Below are positions 38,985 to 48,681 of a DNA stretch of 64,000 nt, in pieces. The DNA is from an uncultured delta proteobacterium (GTDB taxonomy: Bacteria > Desulfobacterota > Binatia > UBA9968). The stretch is taken from assembly GCA_963727625.1 (NCBI GenBank), contig CAVSHR010000002.1, positions 32,001 through 96,000 of the forward strand, in the 5' to 3' direction. The translations under genes were made by a program, and so were the position numbers. The notes beneath the pieces were generated by a model. That model was given only the letters and a program-made list of their open reading frames with translations. It was not told the DNA's origin and searched no databases. Numbering within the stretch: the first letter of the stretch is position 1; each line of letters begins with the position of its first letter.

Positions 38985-39935
38985 CTAGGGATTGGCTTTC
39001 TTGAGATAGCGATAATAGTCGCTATCGGTGGTCATCATCAACACCGCGTTGCCGTTCTTGCTGTCCTTCAAACTCTCCATGGTTTGGGAGAACGCGTAAA
39101 ATTCTTTGTCGCGGCCGTAGGCGTCGCCGTAAACCTTGGTGGCCGTAGCGTCGCCTTTGCCGCGCACTTCCTGAACTTTGCGATAGGCCGTCGAGCGGAT
39201 CTCGCGCAGCTCTTTCTCCATGTTGCCCAAAATCTCGGCACTCCGCCCCTCGCCCTCGGAGCGAAAACGGGCGGCGACGCGCTTGCGCTCGGAGATCATC
39301 CGCGCGTAAACTTTTTCGCGCACGCTCTCGACATAGTTCAAGCGTTTGATGCGCACGTCGACCACCTCAATGCCGTATTGCGGCGTAGTCTTGCGCACTT
39401 CGGCGAGCACCGCGCGGGTGAGTTCCTCGCGGCCAAAATTAATCTCTTTTTTCAGCTCTTCGATGGTCTCTTTTGAGGCCTCCTCGAGGACCTCCCCTTT
39501 CGGCGTCTGCCAGGAGGAGCTGCGCACCAGCTCGACGAGCGGATTCGCCGAGACCAGATCGCGCACCACCGAATCGATGATGTCGTCGAGGCGCGACTGC
39601 GCTCCCGCCTCGGTGGCGACGCTTTCGAGGAATTTCAACGGGTCGACGATGCGCCAGCGCGCGGTGGAGTCGACCCAGATGAATTCACGCCCGGCAGTCG
39701 GGATCTGATTGGGGTCGCCGTCCCAAATCAACAGCCGCTTGTCGAAACGCCGCACTTCTTGAATGAAAGGAATTTTGAAGTTAAGTCCGGCCTCGCTGAT
39801 GGTCGTGCCGACCGGACGGCCGAACTGCAAGATGACGGCTTGTTGTCCTTCTTCGACGACAAAGAAGCTTCCCAAACCTAACATCAAGGCCAGCGCCAAA
39901 ATAATCGCCGCGCCGTAAGCTATAGGTGTTTTCAT
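38985..39935 (-). CDS. hflC: FtsH protease modulator HflC
   Basis: SPFH domain; QFG.P, FKIPFIQ, RMISER...A...RSEG. Confidence 0.9.
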   Translation of the reverse strand: MKTPIAYGAAIILALALMLGLGSFFVVEEGQQAVILQFGRPVGTTISEAGLNFKIPFIQEVRRFDKRLLIWDGDPNQIPTAGREFIWVDSTARWRIVDPLKFLESVATEAGAQSRLDDIIDSVVRDLVSANPLVELVRSSSWQTPKGEVLEEASKETIEELKKEINFGREELTRAVLAEVRKTTPQYGIEVVDVRIKRLNYVESVREKVYARMISERKRVAARFRSEGEGRSAEILGNMEKELREIRSTAYRKVQEVRGKGDATATKVYGDAYGRDKEFYAFSQTMESLKDSKNGNAVLMMTTDSDYYRYLKKANP

Positions 39936-40966
39936 TTTTGGGGTACCTCCTTGAGGCTGTTCAGCGGCGGGGGCGCTTTCCCGGAATCTATCGACAGCCA
40001 GGGAATCAGCGCGCGCTGCGCGCTGTCGACGATATAGACGCTCTTGGCCTCGGAGAGGACTTCGTTCATAGCCTCCAGGTAGAGCCGGCGTCGGGTCACC
40101 TCGGGGACGCGCTTGTATTCCGCCAAGACCGACGTGAAGCGCGCCGCCTCGCCGCGCGCTCGATTGACCCGCTCCGTGGCATAGCCCTCCGCTTCGGCGA
40201 TCGACTGTTTGGCCTCGCCGCTCGCTTTAGGAATCAACTTGTTCGCCTGCTCTTGGGCTTGATTCACCATCCGTTCCAAATCCTGGCGCGCCTCGTTGAC
40301 TTCGTTGAATGCGGGTTTCACGGCATCGGGCGGCGTGACGTCCTGCAGCTCCACGGTGACCAGCCGGATGCCGGTCTCGTATTCCGAGAGAATCTTTTGC
40401 ATCTCGGTTTTGACTTCGCTCGACACGGCGACGCGGCCCACCGTCAAGACATCGCTTCCCAGACGGTTGCCGACGACCCGGCGCATCACCGCCTCGGTGA
40501 TATCGCGCAGGGTTTCGGTCTGCTCGCGTACGCGAAAAAGATAGCGCACCGGGTCTTCGATGCGGTACTGGACAATCCATTGGACATCGATGACGTTCAA
40601 GTCGCCGGTGAGCATCAGCGATTCGTTCGAGTGATCGCCGCCCTCGTATTTGGTCCGGCGGCCTGCCGCCAGAGTGCGAAAGCCAAATTCTTCTTTGAGC
40701 ACTCGAGCGGTCGGCACCGTTTTGACCGTCTCGACGCCGAAGGGGATTTTGAAATGCAGCCCCGGCCCCTCCGAGCGCAGATAACGGCCGAACCTCTGTA
40801 CCACCGCGGTTTCTTCGGGCTGCACGGTGTACCAGCTCGACCACGCGAGCACGCCGATGATTAGGGCGATTGCGATGCCACCGGCCTTGGCGCCGAGTTC
40901 GTTGAACATGGGGCGCAGCTGGTGGATTAAAAGCCTTAACTCATCAGGCAATTGACCGTTTGCCAT
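39932..40966 (-). CDS. hflK: FtsH protease modulator HflK
   Basis: MLTGD.N, LQDV.PP..VKPAF, A.GEAARF, PEVTRRRLYLE. Confidence 0.9.
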   Translation of the reverse strand: MANGQLPDELRLLIHQLRPMFNELGAKAGGIAIALIIGVLAWSSWYTVQPEETAVVQRFGRYLRSEGPGLHFKIPFGVETVKTVPTARVLKEEFGFRTLAAGRRTKYEGGDHSNESLMLTGDLNVIDVQWIVQYRIEDPVRYLFRVREQTETLRDITEAVMRRVVGNRLGSDVLTVGRVAVSSEVKTEMQKILSEYETGIRLVTVELQDVTPPDAVKPAFNEVNEARQDLERMVNQAQEQANKLIPKASGEAKQSIAEAEGYATERVNRARGEAARFTSVLAEYKRVPEVTRRRLYLEAMNEVLSEAKSVYIVDSAQRALIPWLSIDSGKAPPPLNSLKEVPQK

Positions 40967-41338
40967 GATCACCTCCCTATTAATTATTTAATTGCGGAAA
41001 CTTGTAAAAACGCGAATAACAAAGATAGGTAATGCGCAAAAAACACTTTAACAAATTAAGAACCTAAGGTAAGTCATTTCCGAAAAAAATCTGACGGCAG
41101 CAAAATTCATCAATGTTATTAGTCAAGGAGCTCTTGGTACTTGCTCGGCGCAAGAAGCTTCTGAATCCGCTCGACGGATCAATCATGACGAAACAGCAGC
41201 ATACTCCAAGCGCTATGCTCTGTCAGCCATGAATGACTGGTGCACAAACGACAACCGCAAAGCTAAGGCACTTGCCAGCCTGTATAAGTCGATATATGAG
41301 CTAGAGATCATTTCTTTCCGAAATCGAGGAGCAGCTTA

Positions 41339-43060
41339 ATGGAAACGAACAAGGCAGTAACAATTCCGGTCGAGACGGTTGGGCAGGCGTATTTGGAAAT
41401 CCTGCGCGCACGGGGGATCAAATATTTTTTTGGCAACAGCGGCACCGACTTCGGGCCGATCATCGACGGCCTGGCGAAGTTGGCCGCCGATAAGAAGGAG
41501 TTTCCGAAGCCGATCACTGTCGCCCACGAGTTCGTGGCGGTGAGCATGGCGCAGGGTTACGCGATGATTACCGGCGAGCCGCAGGTGGTGATGGTTCACG
41601 TGATCGTCGGCACCGGGAACGCCTCCGCGGCGGTAATGAACGCGTCGCGGCTCAACGTGCCGATGATCTTCTCCGCCGGCCGGACGCCGCTGACCGAAGA
41701 AGGGTTGACCGGTAGCCGCAGCAATTTCATTCATTGGGGCCAGGAGTCCTTCGATCAGGGCAGTTTGCTGCGCGAATTTACCCGTTGGGACTATGAGCTG
41801 CGCAACGGCCTGCAAGTCGAGGCGGTCGTTGACCGCGCGCTGGAGATGACGCTGGGTACACCGCAGGGCCCGGTGTACTTGACGCTGCCGCGCGAAGTTT
41901 TGGCGCAGAAGATGGATTCGGTCACGATCCATCCCTATCGGAAAAACAGAGAAGAGCCCTTGCAGCCGAGCGCGGAGTCGATCAAGCGCACCGCGGAAAT
42001 TTTACGCGGCGCGAAAAACCCATTGATTATCACCGGCCGGCTGGGCTCCGATCCGATGGCGGTGAGCGCGATGGTTTCCTTCGCCGAGGCGTTGGTGTCA
42101 CCCGTCGTCGCGCCGGCAAGCCCGTTCGTGAGCATGCCGAACACACACGATTATCATCTCGGCGTGAGCTCCGCGCCTTACATCAAAGACGCCGATGTCG
42201 TCGTGGTCGTCGAAAGCGATGTGCCGTGGTACCCTTTTCAGGGCAAGCCCTCTGAAGATGCCAAAGTCATTCAGATCGCGCGCGATCCCAATTACAGCGG
42301 CATCCCGATTCGCAGTTTTCCGAAGGACATCTCCATCGGCGGCGATCCCAAGCTCGCGCTGCAATTGCTTGCTGAAGAATTGAGGAAGGGCGCGCGAAAT
42401 GAAAAGGCCCTCTCGGAGCGCGCCGAGCGCATACGCGCGCAGCACAAAAAATATCGCGAAGATGTAAAGCAGAAAGCCGAGAAAGGGAGCCACCACCGGC
42501 CGATCAGCCATGCCTGGCTGGCCCATTGCATCGATCAGGTGCGCGACCGAGATACGATCGTGCTCAGCGACCACGGCGTCGGCAGCGAGGTACTCAATTT
42601 GAGCGAGCCTGAAACTTATTTCGGCGGCTCGCCAGCGGGCGGCTTGGGCTGGGGCATCGGCGGTGGCTTGGGCATGAAGCTTGCCCGCCCGGAAAAAACC
42701 TTCATCGTCACCGTCGGCGACGGCACGTACATGTTCAATAACCCGACCGCCTGCCATCTGGTGTCCCAGTCTTACGATCTGCCGATGCTGACAATTATTT
42801 GCAACAACGCGATCTGGCACGCCAGCAAAGCGGCGACGCAACAGGTGATGCCCGACGGCTGGGCCGTCAGCACGGGAAACTTTCCGTTGTGCGAGCTGAC
42901 GCCGTCGCCGCGCTACGAGAAGATCGTCGAAGCCCATGACGGCTATGGCGAGATGGTCGATGATCCACAGCAAGTCTTACCCGCGCTCCAGCGCGCGCTG
43001 AAGGTCGTCAAAGAGGAAAAACGTCAGGCGGTGCTGAACGTGATCTGCGGATCGCATTGA
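41339..43060 (+). CDS. Thiamine pyrophosphate-requiring enzyme (acetolactate synthase-like)
   Basis: GTDF, HE..AVSMA.GY, GPVYLTLPRE, GDG...NN. Confidence 0.9.
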   Translation: METNKAVTIPVETVGQAYLEILRARGIKYFFGNSGTDFGPIIDGLAKLAADKKEFPKPITVAHEFVAVSMAQGYAMITGEPQVVMVHVIVGTGNASAAVMNASRLNVPMIFSAGRTPLTEEGLTGSRSNFIHWGQESFDQGSLLREFTRWDYELRNGLQVEAVVDRALEMTLGTPQGPVYLTLPREVLAQKMDSVTIHPYRKNREEPLQPSAESIKRTAEILRGAKNPLIITGRLGSDPMAVSAMVSFAEALVSPVVAPASPFVSMPNTHDYHLGVSSAPYIKDADVVVVVESDVPWYPFQGKPSEDAKVIQIARDPNYSGIPIRSFPKDISIGGDPKLALQLLAEELRKGARNEKALSERAERIRAQHKKYREDVKQKAEKGSHHRPISHAWLAHCIDQVRDRDTIVLSDHGVGSEVLNLSEPETYFGGSPAGGLGWGIGGGLGMKLARPEKTFIVTVGDGTYMFNNPTACHLVSQSYDLPMLTIICNNAIWHASKAATQQVMPDGWAVSTGNFPLCELTPSPRYEKIVEAHDGYGEMVDDPQQVLPALQRALKVVKEEKRQAVLNVICGSH

Positions 43061-43142
43061 CAAGCGGGACCCAATATCATCGAACAAGAGCGGGTGTCTA
43101 AGGGATTCATTTTATACCGATTTCGCTGAATCTTACGCTGCG

Positions 43143-44105
43143 ATGGACCCCAAGAAATTTCTCACGGCATTTAGACGAATTGCGGTTCTGGGACTGGCAA
43201 GTGTTTTGTCAGCGCTATCGTTGGTGATTCTCCTTGCCGTTATTCATTTTCCCTACGACACTGATTCGCCGCTGACGCAGCGGGAGATTGAAGCGGCTAG
43301 AAAATTTTATACGGAGGCGTACAGGAAGCCTGAAGTCGAGACCCAGGCGAAAAGTGAATACGAGACCAAGTATATTCGGGTAGCGGAAGCCGCAGCCAAG
43401 ACATTCCGAATCGAAGAACAGGTTCGTGAATTTATTCAGCGCTATAATCTAGACGATCGACCCGTTTTGGAAATTGGATCAGGCCGCGGAAATTTGCAAG
43501 ATCTCGCGAAACACTATACCGGACTTGACATATCTCCGAGTGTGGCGCGCTTCTATCATAAAAAATTTGTGCTCGGCTCCGCGACCGCCCTGCCTTTCGC
43601 TGACGGTACCTTCGACGGTGTTTGGAGCATCTGGGTGTTCGAACATGTGCCCAATCCTGAGCAGGCTTTTCGGGAAGCCCGTAGGGTCACGCGAGACAAA
43701 GGAATTCTTTTTTTGCTCCCGGCCTGGAATTGTTTGCCCTGGGCAGCCGATGGATACGAAGTCCGGCCCTACTCGGATTTCGATGTGGCAGGGAAGATCA
43801 TCAAGGCGAGCATACCGCTGCGCTCTTCAATGATCTTCAGGGTTATCTCGCTTTTGCCGATCCGGATGGTACGTTCGGTAGCCGCTCGATACGGCCCGAC
43901 CCGGTTGAGATATCGCCGGTTGAGCCCCAACTATGAGCAATACTGGGTTGCGGATAGCGATGCGGTCAATTCGATTGATAGTCACGAGGCAATGCTGTGG
44001 TTTATCAGCCGGGGCGATGAATGTTTGAACTGCGACGAAGCTTCAGTTTTCATGCCCATCACCTCGCTGCCGCTCATTATCCGGGTCCACAAGGTAGCCG
44101 AATGA
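43143..44105 (+). CDS. Class I SAM-dependent methyltransferase with N-terminal membrane anchor
   Basis: VLEIGSGRG, GLDIS, LPFADGTFD, EHVP. Confidence 0.85.
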   Translation: MDPKKFLTAFRRIAVLGLASVLSALSLVILLAVIHFPYDTDSPLTQREIEAARKFYTEAYRKPEVETQAKSEYETKYIRVAEAAAKTFRIEEQVREFIQRYNLDDRPVLEIGSGRGNLQDLAKHYTGLDISPSVARFYHKKFVLGSATALPFADGTFDGVWSIWVFEHVPNPEQAFREARRVTRDKGILFLLPAWNCLPWAADGYEVRPYSDFDVAGKIIKASIPLRSSMIFRVISLLPIRMVRSVAARYGPTRLRYRRLSPNYEQYWVADSDAVNSIDSHEAMLWFISRGDECLNCDEASVFMPITSLPLIIRVHKVAE

Positions 44106-44238
44106 AGAGCGGTGTCTACCCGCCTTATGGGGAAAACGGCATAACAAAAATTGATGAATTGTGGATTCGCAGAAAGCTCTAGTATCTCCTGGTATCCAAA
44201 CGGATTCGGATGTCTAAACGCGTAATCCCGAAGTACTC

Positions 44239-45228
44239 ATGAAAACAATCATGCTTTTTTTGGTCACACTGATCGCTAGCACCGCAGGGTTGTCGCTTTC
44301 CGCCGCTCAGGAAAAGAAATTGGAAAGAATTCGTATCGGTGGTGGGTCGGTGGGGGCGCCGCGGATGACCATATGGTTCGCCAAGGAAGCGAATCTCTAC
44401 GAGAAGCATGGGCTGGCGATCGAAGCGATCTCGATCGCGGGAAGCTCCATGGCATTGCAAGCATGCTCGCAGGAGAAGTGCCGATAATCCAACTCGGCGG
44501 TACCGCGTCGATGCAGGCCAATCTGGCGGGCGCCGATACGGTGATCGTCGCGACGATTCTCAAATAAATTTCTCTTTTCGATTTTCAGCCGGCCTGAGTA
44601 CGCGTGCATGGCCGATCTCAAGGGCAAGCTGTTCGGCGCGACGCGGTTCGGCACGCTTTCCGATTTCGCGTCGCGGTTCGCTCTCGAAAAAAACGACCTC
44701 AATCCGGACCGGGATATCACCATGGTTCAGGCTGGCGGCCAGCCGGAAACGCTTGCGGCGCTGTTGACCGGCCGGGTCCAGGCGGCGGCCCTCTCGGTGC
44801 CGGCAATTTTGCGGGCGAAGAAGGCGAACATGCGCGAGATTCTCGATATGGCCAAGCTCGAAGCGACGATTCATCAGAACGGCGTGGTGACGTCGCGACG
44901 GTTTCTCAAGACCAACGAAGACACGGTGCGCCGATTTCTGCGCGCTTATATCGAAGGCGCGGCGCTGGCCAAGAAAGACAATGCGTTCGCCACCCGGGTG
45001 ATGGCCAAATACCTCGGCACCACGGATCGCGAGATTCTCGACGACGCCTATGAGCGGGTCACGCTGCACTTGGAAATTCCTCCCTACTCCTCGCGGGAAG
45101 GCGTATCCGTGCTGCTCAAGGCCCTGGAGAAAACTCAAGCCAAAGCGCGCGGTGCGAAGCCGGAAGACTTCATCGACAGCCGTTTAGTTCGCGAGCTTGA
45201 AGAAAACGGATTTTTCAACCGCTTATAG
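44239..45228 (+). pseudogene. NMT1/TauA-like substrate-binding protein with two compensating frameshifts
   Basis: Start and end share a frame; the middle (MLAGEVPIIQLGG...ATIL, ~44463-44563) is in another frame. Confidence 0.75.
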
Positions 45229-45268
45229 GCCCTACAAATTTTGCGGAAGCATATCCCGGCCGGTCCCA

Positions 45269-46351
45269 TTAACCGGCGTCGTTGATGGTGTCGATCATTT
45301 GGCGCAGGCGGGCGAAGTCCTCGCGTTTGAAGCGCACCAGGAGACGATACAAGTGGAGTGTGCCGGGTTCGTCGGCTTCGTCGGGCAAAGGGGACGTCTC
45401 GCAGATTTTCCGATTGGCGAGGATGTCGACGAAATCGCGGTTTAGTCGGTCGATCAACGCAGGCGCCGGCGGATTGTTGAGCCGGATCACGAGATCCTTC
45501 TTGACGAAGCGGTAGGAATGAAAGTTCCGATAGAAGCGCGTGATTTCTTCGACTGCGGCATCGGCACTGGTCACGATTTTAAACAAATTCATTTCTCGCT
45601 CGCTGACATAGCCCCCGCTGAGCACGTCATCGCGGAGAAACTCCCGCCAACGCGACCAATAGGTCCCATCCGGCAGATCGATCAAGACAATCGGTACCAC
45701 CTGACCTTTGCCGGTTTGCACCAGTGTGATCGCCTCGAAAAGCTCGTCGTGGGTACCGAAGCCTCCGGGAAAAATCACCACGGCGTCCGACTCCTTCACG
45801 AAGGTGAGCTTGCGCGTGAAGAAAAAATGAAAATTCATCAATTTCGGGTCGTCGCGGATGAAACGATTTGCGTCCTGCAGTGATCTTAATCGAATATTGA
45901 CGCCGAAACTTTTGTCTCTACCCGCGCCTTCGTGTCCGGCTTGCATGATTCCCGGTCCGGCACCGGTGATCACCATGAACCCGGCTTCCGTCAAGCTACG
46001 TGCGCTTTCGCGCGCCAAATCATAATAAGGGTCGCTTTCCTGCACCCGGGTCGAGCCGAAGATGCTCACCTTGCGGATGTGGCGATAGGGTTTGAAAACT
46101 CTGAACGAGTGGCGCAGCTCTTGGAGCGCGCGGTTGATGATCTTTAGATCGCCGCGCTCGGCGTTGTCGTCCGCCAATTTCACCACGGTACGCAGAATTC
46201 CGGCGAACTGATCGTCGTTGCCGGAGCCGTCCCGCATGCGCAGCCACGTCTCGATGTGAGCCACGAGATCGGTTCGGCTCGGTCCATGCTCCTCCGCGGA
46301 TCGTTTTATTTCAGCCTGATTTGCTTCGTCTTTCACTTGTCGTGTCCTCAA
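45269..46351 (-). CDS. LOG family (TIGR00730-like) nucleotide phosphoribohydrolase
   Basis: VSIFGS.R, ITGAGPGIM.A, FFTRK, PGGFGT.DE; start uncertain. Confidence 0.9.
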   Translation of the reverse strand: MRTRQVKDEANQAEIKRSAEEHGPSRTDLVAHIETWLRMRDGSGNDDQFAGILRTVVKLADDNAERGDLKIINRALQELRHSFRVFKPYRHIRKVSIFGSTRVQESDPYYDLARESARSLTEAGFMVITGAGPGIMQAGHEGAGRDKSFGVNIRLRSLQDANRFIRDDPKLMNFHFFFTRKLTFVKESDAVVIFPGGFGTHDELFEAITLVQTGKGQVVPIVLIDLPDGTYWSRWREFLRDDVLSGGYVSEREMNLFKIVTSADAAVEEITRFYRNFHSYRFVKKDLVIRLNNPPAPALIDRLNRDFVDILANRKICETSPLPDEADEPGTLHLYRLLVRFKREDFARLRQMIDTINDAG

Positions 46352-46630
46352 TTCGTCTGAGAGGTATTATAGACGAAGGAATGAGGCTGCGGAAGAATGA
46401 TTCAAATCGCAACTTGGGTGCCCGTGTGCGAGCGTTTATCTAATGAATGTCGGATAATGGCAAAATGACAAAGAGGGTAGGTGCGGTTGCGGTTCGTGAA
46501 GCATGAATTCGCGGATCTCGCCGGAATGTAAAATTGAGCCTGTGTGACAAAGCCGTGAAATCTTTGCTGGCGAAGACACCTTCCGCCTTAATCAGCTGCG
46601 CGATGGGTGCCAGTGGAACGGCAGAAACGA

Positions 46631-46651
46631 CCGGAACTCATTGAGTTCCGG
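46631..46651. terminator. Hairpin just downstream of the SLC13 gene, possible terminator
   Basis: CCGGAACTC-ATT-GAGTTCCGG with weak T-rich flanks. Confidence 0.35.
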
Positions 46652-46667
46652 GGTTTTGAATTAGTTG

Positions 46668-48449
46668 CTACAGGCCCAGCGGCCAGAACCAGAGCAGCAG
46701 CGGTAGCGCAACCAACAAGATCAGCGCTTCCAACGGCAGGCCCATGGGCCAATAGTCGCCGAATTTATAACCACCGGGCGCCATAACGAGGGTGTTGGAC
46801 TGGTGGCCGATGGGCGTCAGGAAGGCGCAGGAGGCGCCGATCGCCACGCTCATCAGGAACGGGTCGACCGATGCGCCCATGCCGTTGGCAATGCCGATGG
46901 CGATGGGCGACATCAGCACCGCCGCCGCGGCGTTGTTTACCAGGTCCGATAAAAACATGGTGCCGACGAGCACGACTGCGAGCGTGACTGCCGGGGAGGT
47001 GTGGCGGGCGAAGCTCAATACGCCCGAGGCGATCAGGTCGGCGGTGCCGGTCGTTTCCAACGCCTGGCCGACAGGGATCATCGCGCCGAGCAGCACGATG
47101 ATCGGCCAATCGATGCTGTCGTAGGCGTCGCGCAGAGAAATAATGCCGGCCAGCACCATGGCGACGGCCGCGCCGACGAAACCGATCTGCACGGGCACGA
47201 AGCCCAGCGCCGCCGCCGTAAGCGCCGCGCCGAAAATCATCACGGCGAAGAGCACGCGGCGGGGAAAGCCCAAGCGCAGGCCGCGTTCGGCGAGCGGCAA
47301 GCATCCCAATGCCGGCAGCGCCTGCTGCAAGGATTCGACGACTCCCTGCATAAGCAGGATATCGCCGGCCTGAAACTGAATATTTTTCAATCGCCCCTGA
47401 ATCCGTGCGCCGTGGCGCGCGACGCCCAAGAGATTCACGCCATAGCGCCAGCGCAAACCGAGGGTCCAGGCGGTGTTGCCCTCGAGCGGCGAGCTCGGTT
47501 TGACAATCGCTTCCGTGATGCTCACTTCGTCGGAGCGCAACGCCTCGACGTCTTCTTCTTTGCTGCCTTCGAGTTCAAGCTTGGCTGCGTCGATGAGCGC
47601 CTGGAGAGATTCGGAATCGCCCTCGACTATCAAAACGTCGCCCGGCTCAAGCAGCCGCCAGCGCGAGGGCGCGGCGATTTTCGACTCGCCGCGCACCAAG
47701 CCGACGATCGAGATATCGGCTCCGGCAATGCTTTCCAGCTCACCGAGCGGCTTGCCGATGAGTTTGGAGTCCTCGGGCACGCGCACTTCGGAGACGTAGT
47801 CCTTAATCTGAAACAGCTCTTCGCGCGACGGCTGGCCTTGTCTGCGCGGGATCAAGCGCCAGCCGATGAGCAGGATGAAGAGCAGTCCGGCCAGCGCGAC
47901 GCCGACGCCGACGGGCGAGAAATCGAACATGGCAAAGGGTTGGCTTCCCGCCTTAGCGCGGAAAGAGGCGACGATGATGTTGGGCGGCGTGCCGATCAGG
48001 GTGGTCATCCCGCCGAGCAACGAGGCGAAAGCGATGGGCATCAGAAAGATCGAAGCCGGTTGGCCGCTGTTGCGGGCCATGCGGATGGCGGCGGGCAGCA
48101 GCAGCGCCAGGGCTCCCACGTTGTTCATGAAGGCGGACAGGAGCGCGACCACGCCGGTGAGGGCGCCGAGCTGCAGCACCAGATGGTCGCCGATCCTCAA
48201 GAGGGCCGTGGCGATGATATCGATGAGTCCGGAGTTCCTCAATCCGCGGCTTACGACCAGGACGGCGGCTACCGTAATCACGGCGGGGTGGCCGAAGCCG
48301 GTGAATGCGTCGTCGACCGAAACCACACCACTCAGTGTTGCCGCCAGGAGCGCCAACAGCGCTACGAGGTCGTAGCGCCAGCGCTCGGTGACAAAGAGAA
48401 TGAGGGCCAGAAGCAAGATCGCGAGCAGTATGAGCTGGTGCCAGGTCAT
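46668..48449 (-). CDS. SLC13/DASS family permease with TrkA-C domains
   Basis: SAFMNN, GG.TTLIGTPPN, two RCK-C-like repeats, LVNNAA, TPIGHQSN, GGYKFGD. Confidence 0.9.
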   Translation of the reverse strand: MTWHQLILLAILLLALILFVTERWRYDLVALLALLAATLSGVVSVDDAFTGFGHPAVITVAAVLVVSRGLRNSGLIDIIATALLRIGDHLVLQLGALTGVVALLSAFMNNVGALALLLPAAIRMARNSGQPASIFLMPIAFASLLGGMTTLIGTPPNIIVASFRAKAGSQPFAMFDFSPVGVGVALAGLLFILLIGWRLIPRRQGQPSREELFQIKDYVSEVRVPEDSKLIGKPLGELESIAGADISIVGLVRGESKIAAPSRWRLLEPGDVLIVEGDSESLQALIDAAKLELEGSKEEDVEALRSDEVSITEAIVKPSSPLEGNTAWTLGLRWRYGVNLLGVARHGARIQGRLKNIQFQAGDILLMQGVVESLQQALPALGCLPLAERGLRLGFPRRVLFAVMIFGAALTAAALGFVPVQIGFVGAAVAMVLAGIISLRDAYDSIDWPIIVLLGAMIPVGQALETTGTADLIASGVLSFARHTSPAVTLAVVLVGTMFLSDLVNNAAAAVLMSPIAIGIANGMGASVDPFLMSVAIGASCAFLTPIGHQSNTLVMAPGGYKFGDYWPMGLPLEALILLVALPLLLWFWPLGL

Positions 48450-48681
48450 CGAATCAGATCTTTCTAGAATCGCCGGATAGTGCCAGCTACGTGATCCCGA
48501 CCCGAATTTTTATATCGAGTGCTGTGCCGGATCGATGGCTCGGTCCGATCGTGGCAAAATCGCCGCTTATCAATTTCGAAATACAACCAGCTATGTTTTT
48601 GCCATGCGGCGCAAAGTGCTACAAATACCGCCGGCGATCGATAGAATCTTAGAGTCATTGAAAGACGATTTTTTGGCGGGC

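Noticed and set aside
47001-48467. Long antisense ORFs (also 15896-17059, 49033-50025, 54510-55616, 62755-63693)
   Set aside because: They shadow well-supported genes on the opposite strand, as expected in GC-rich DNA, and show no motifs.
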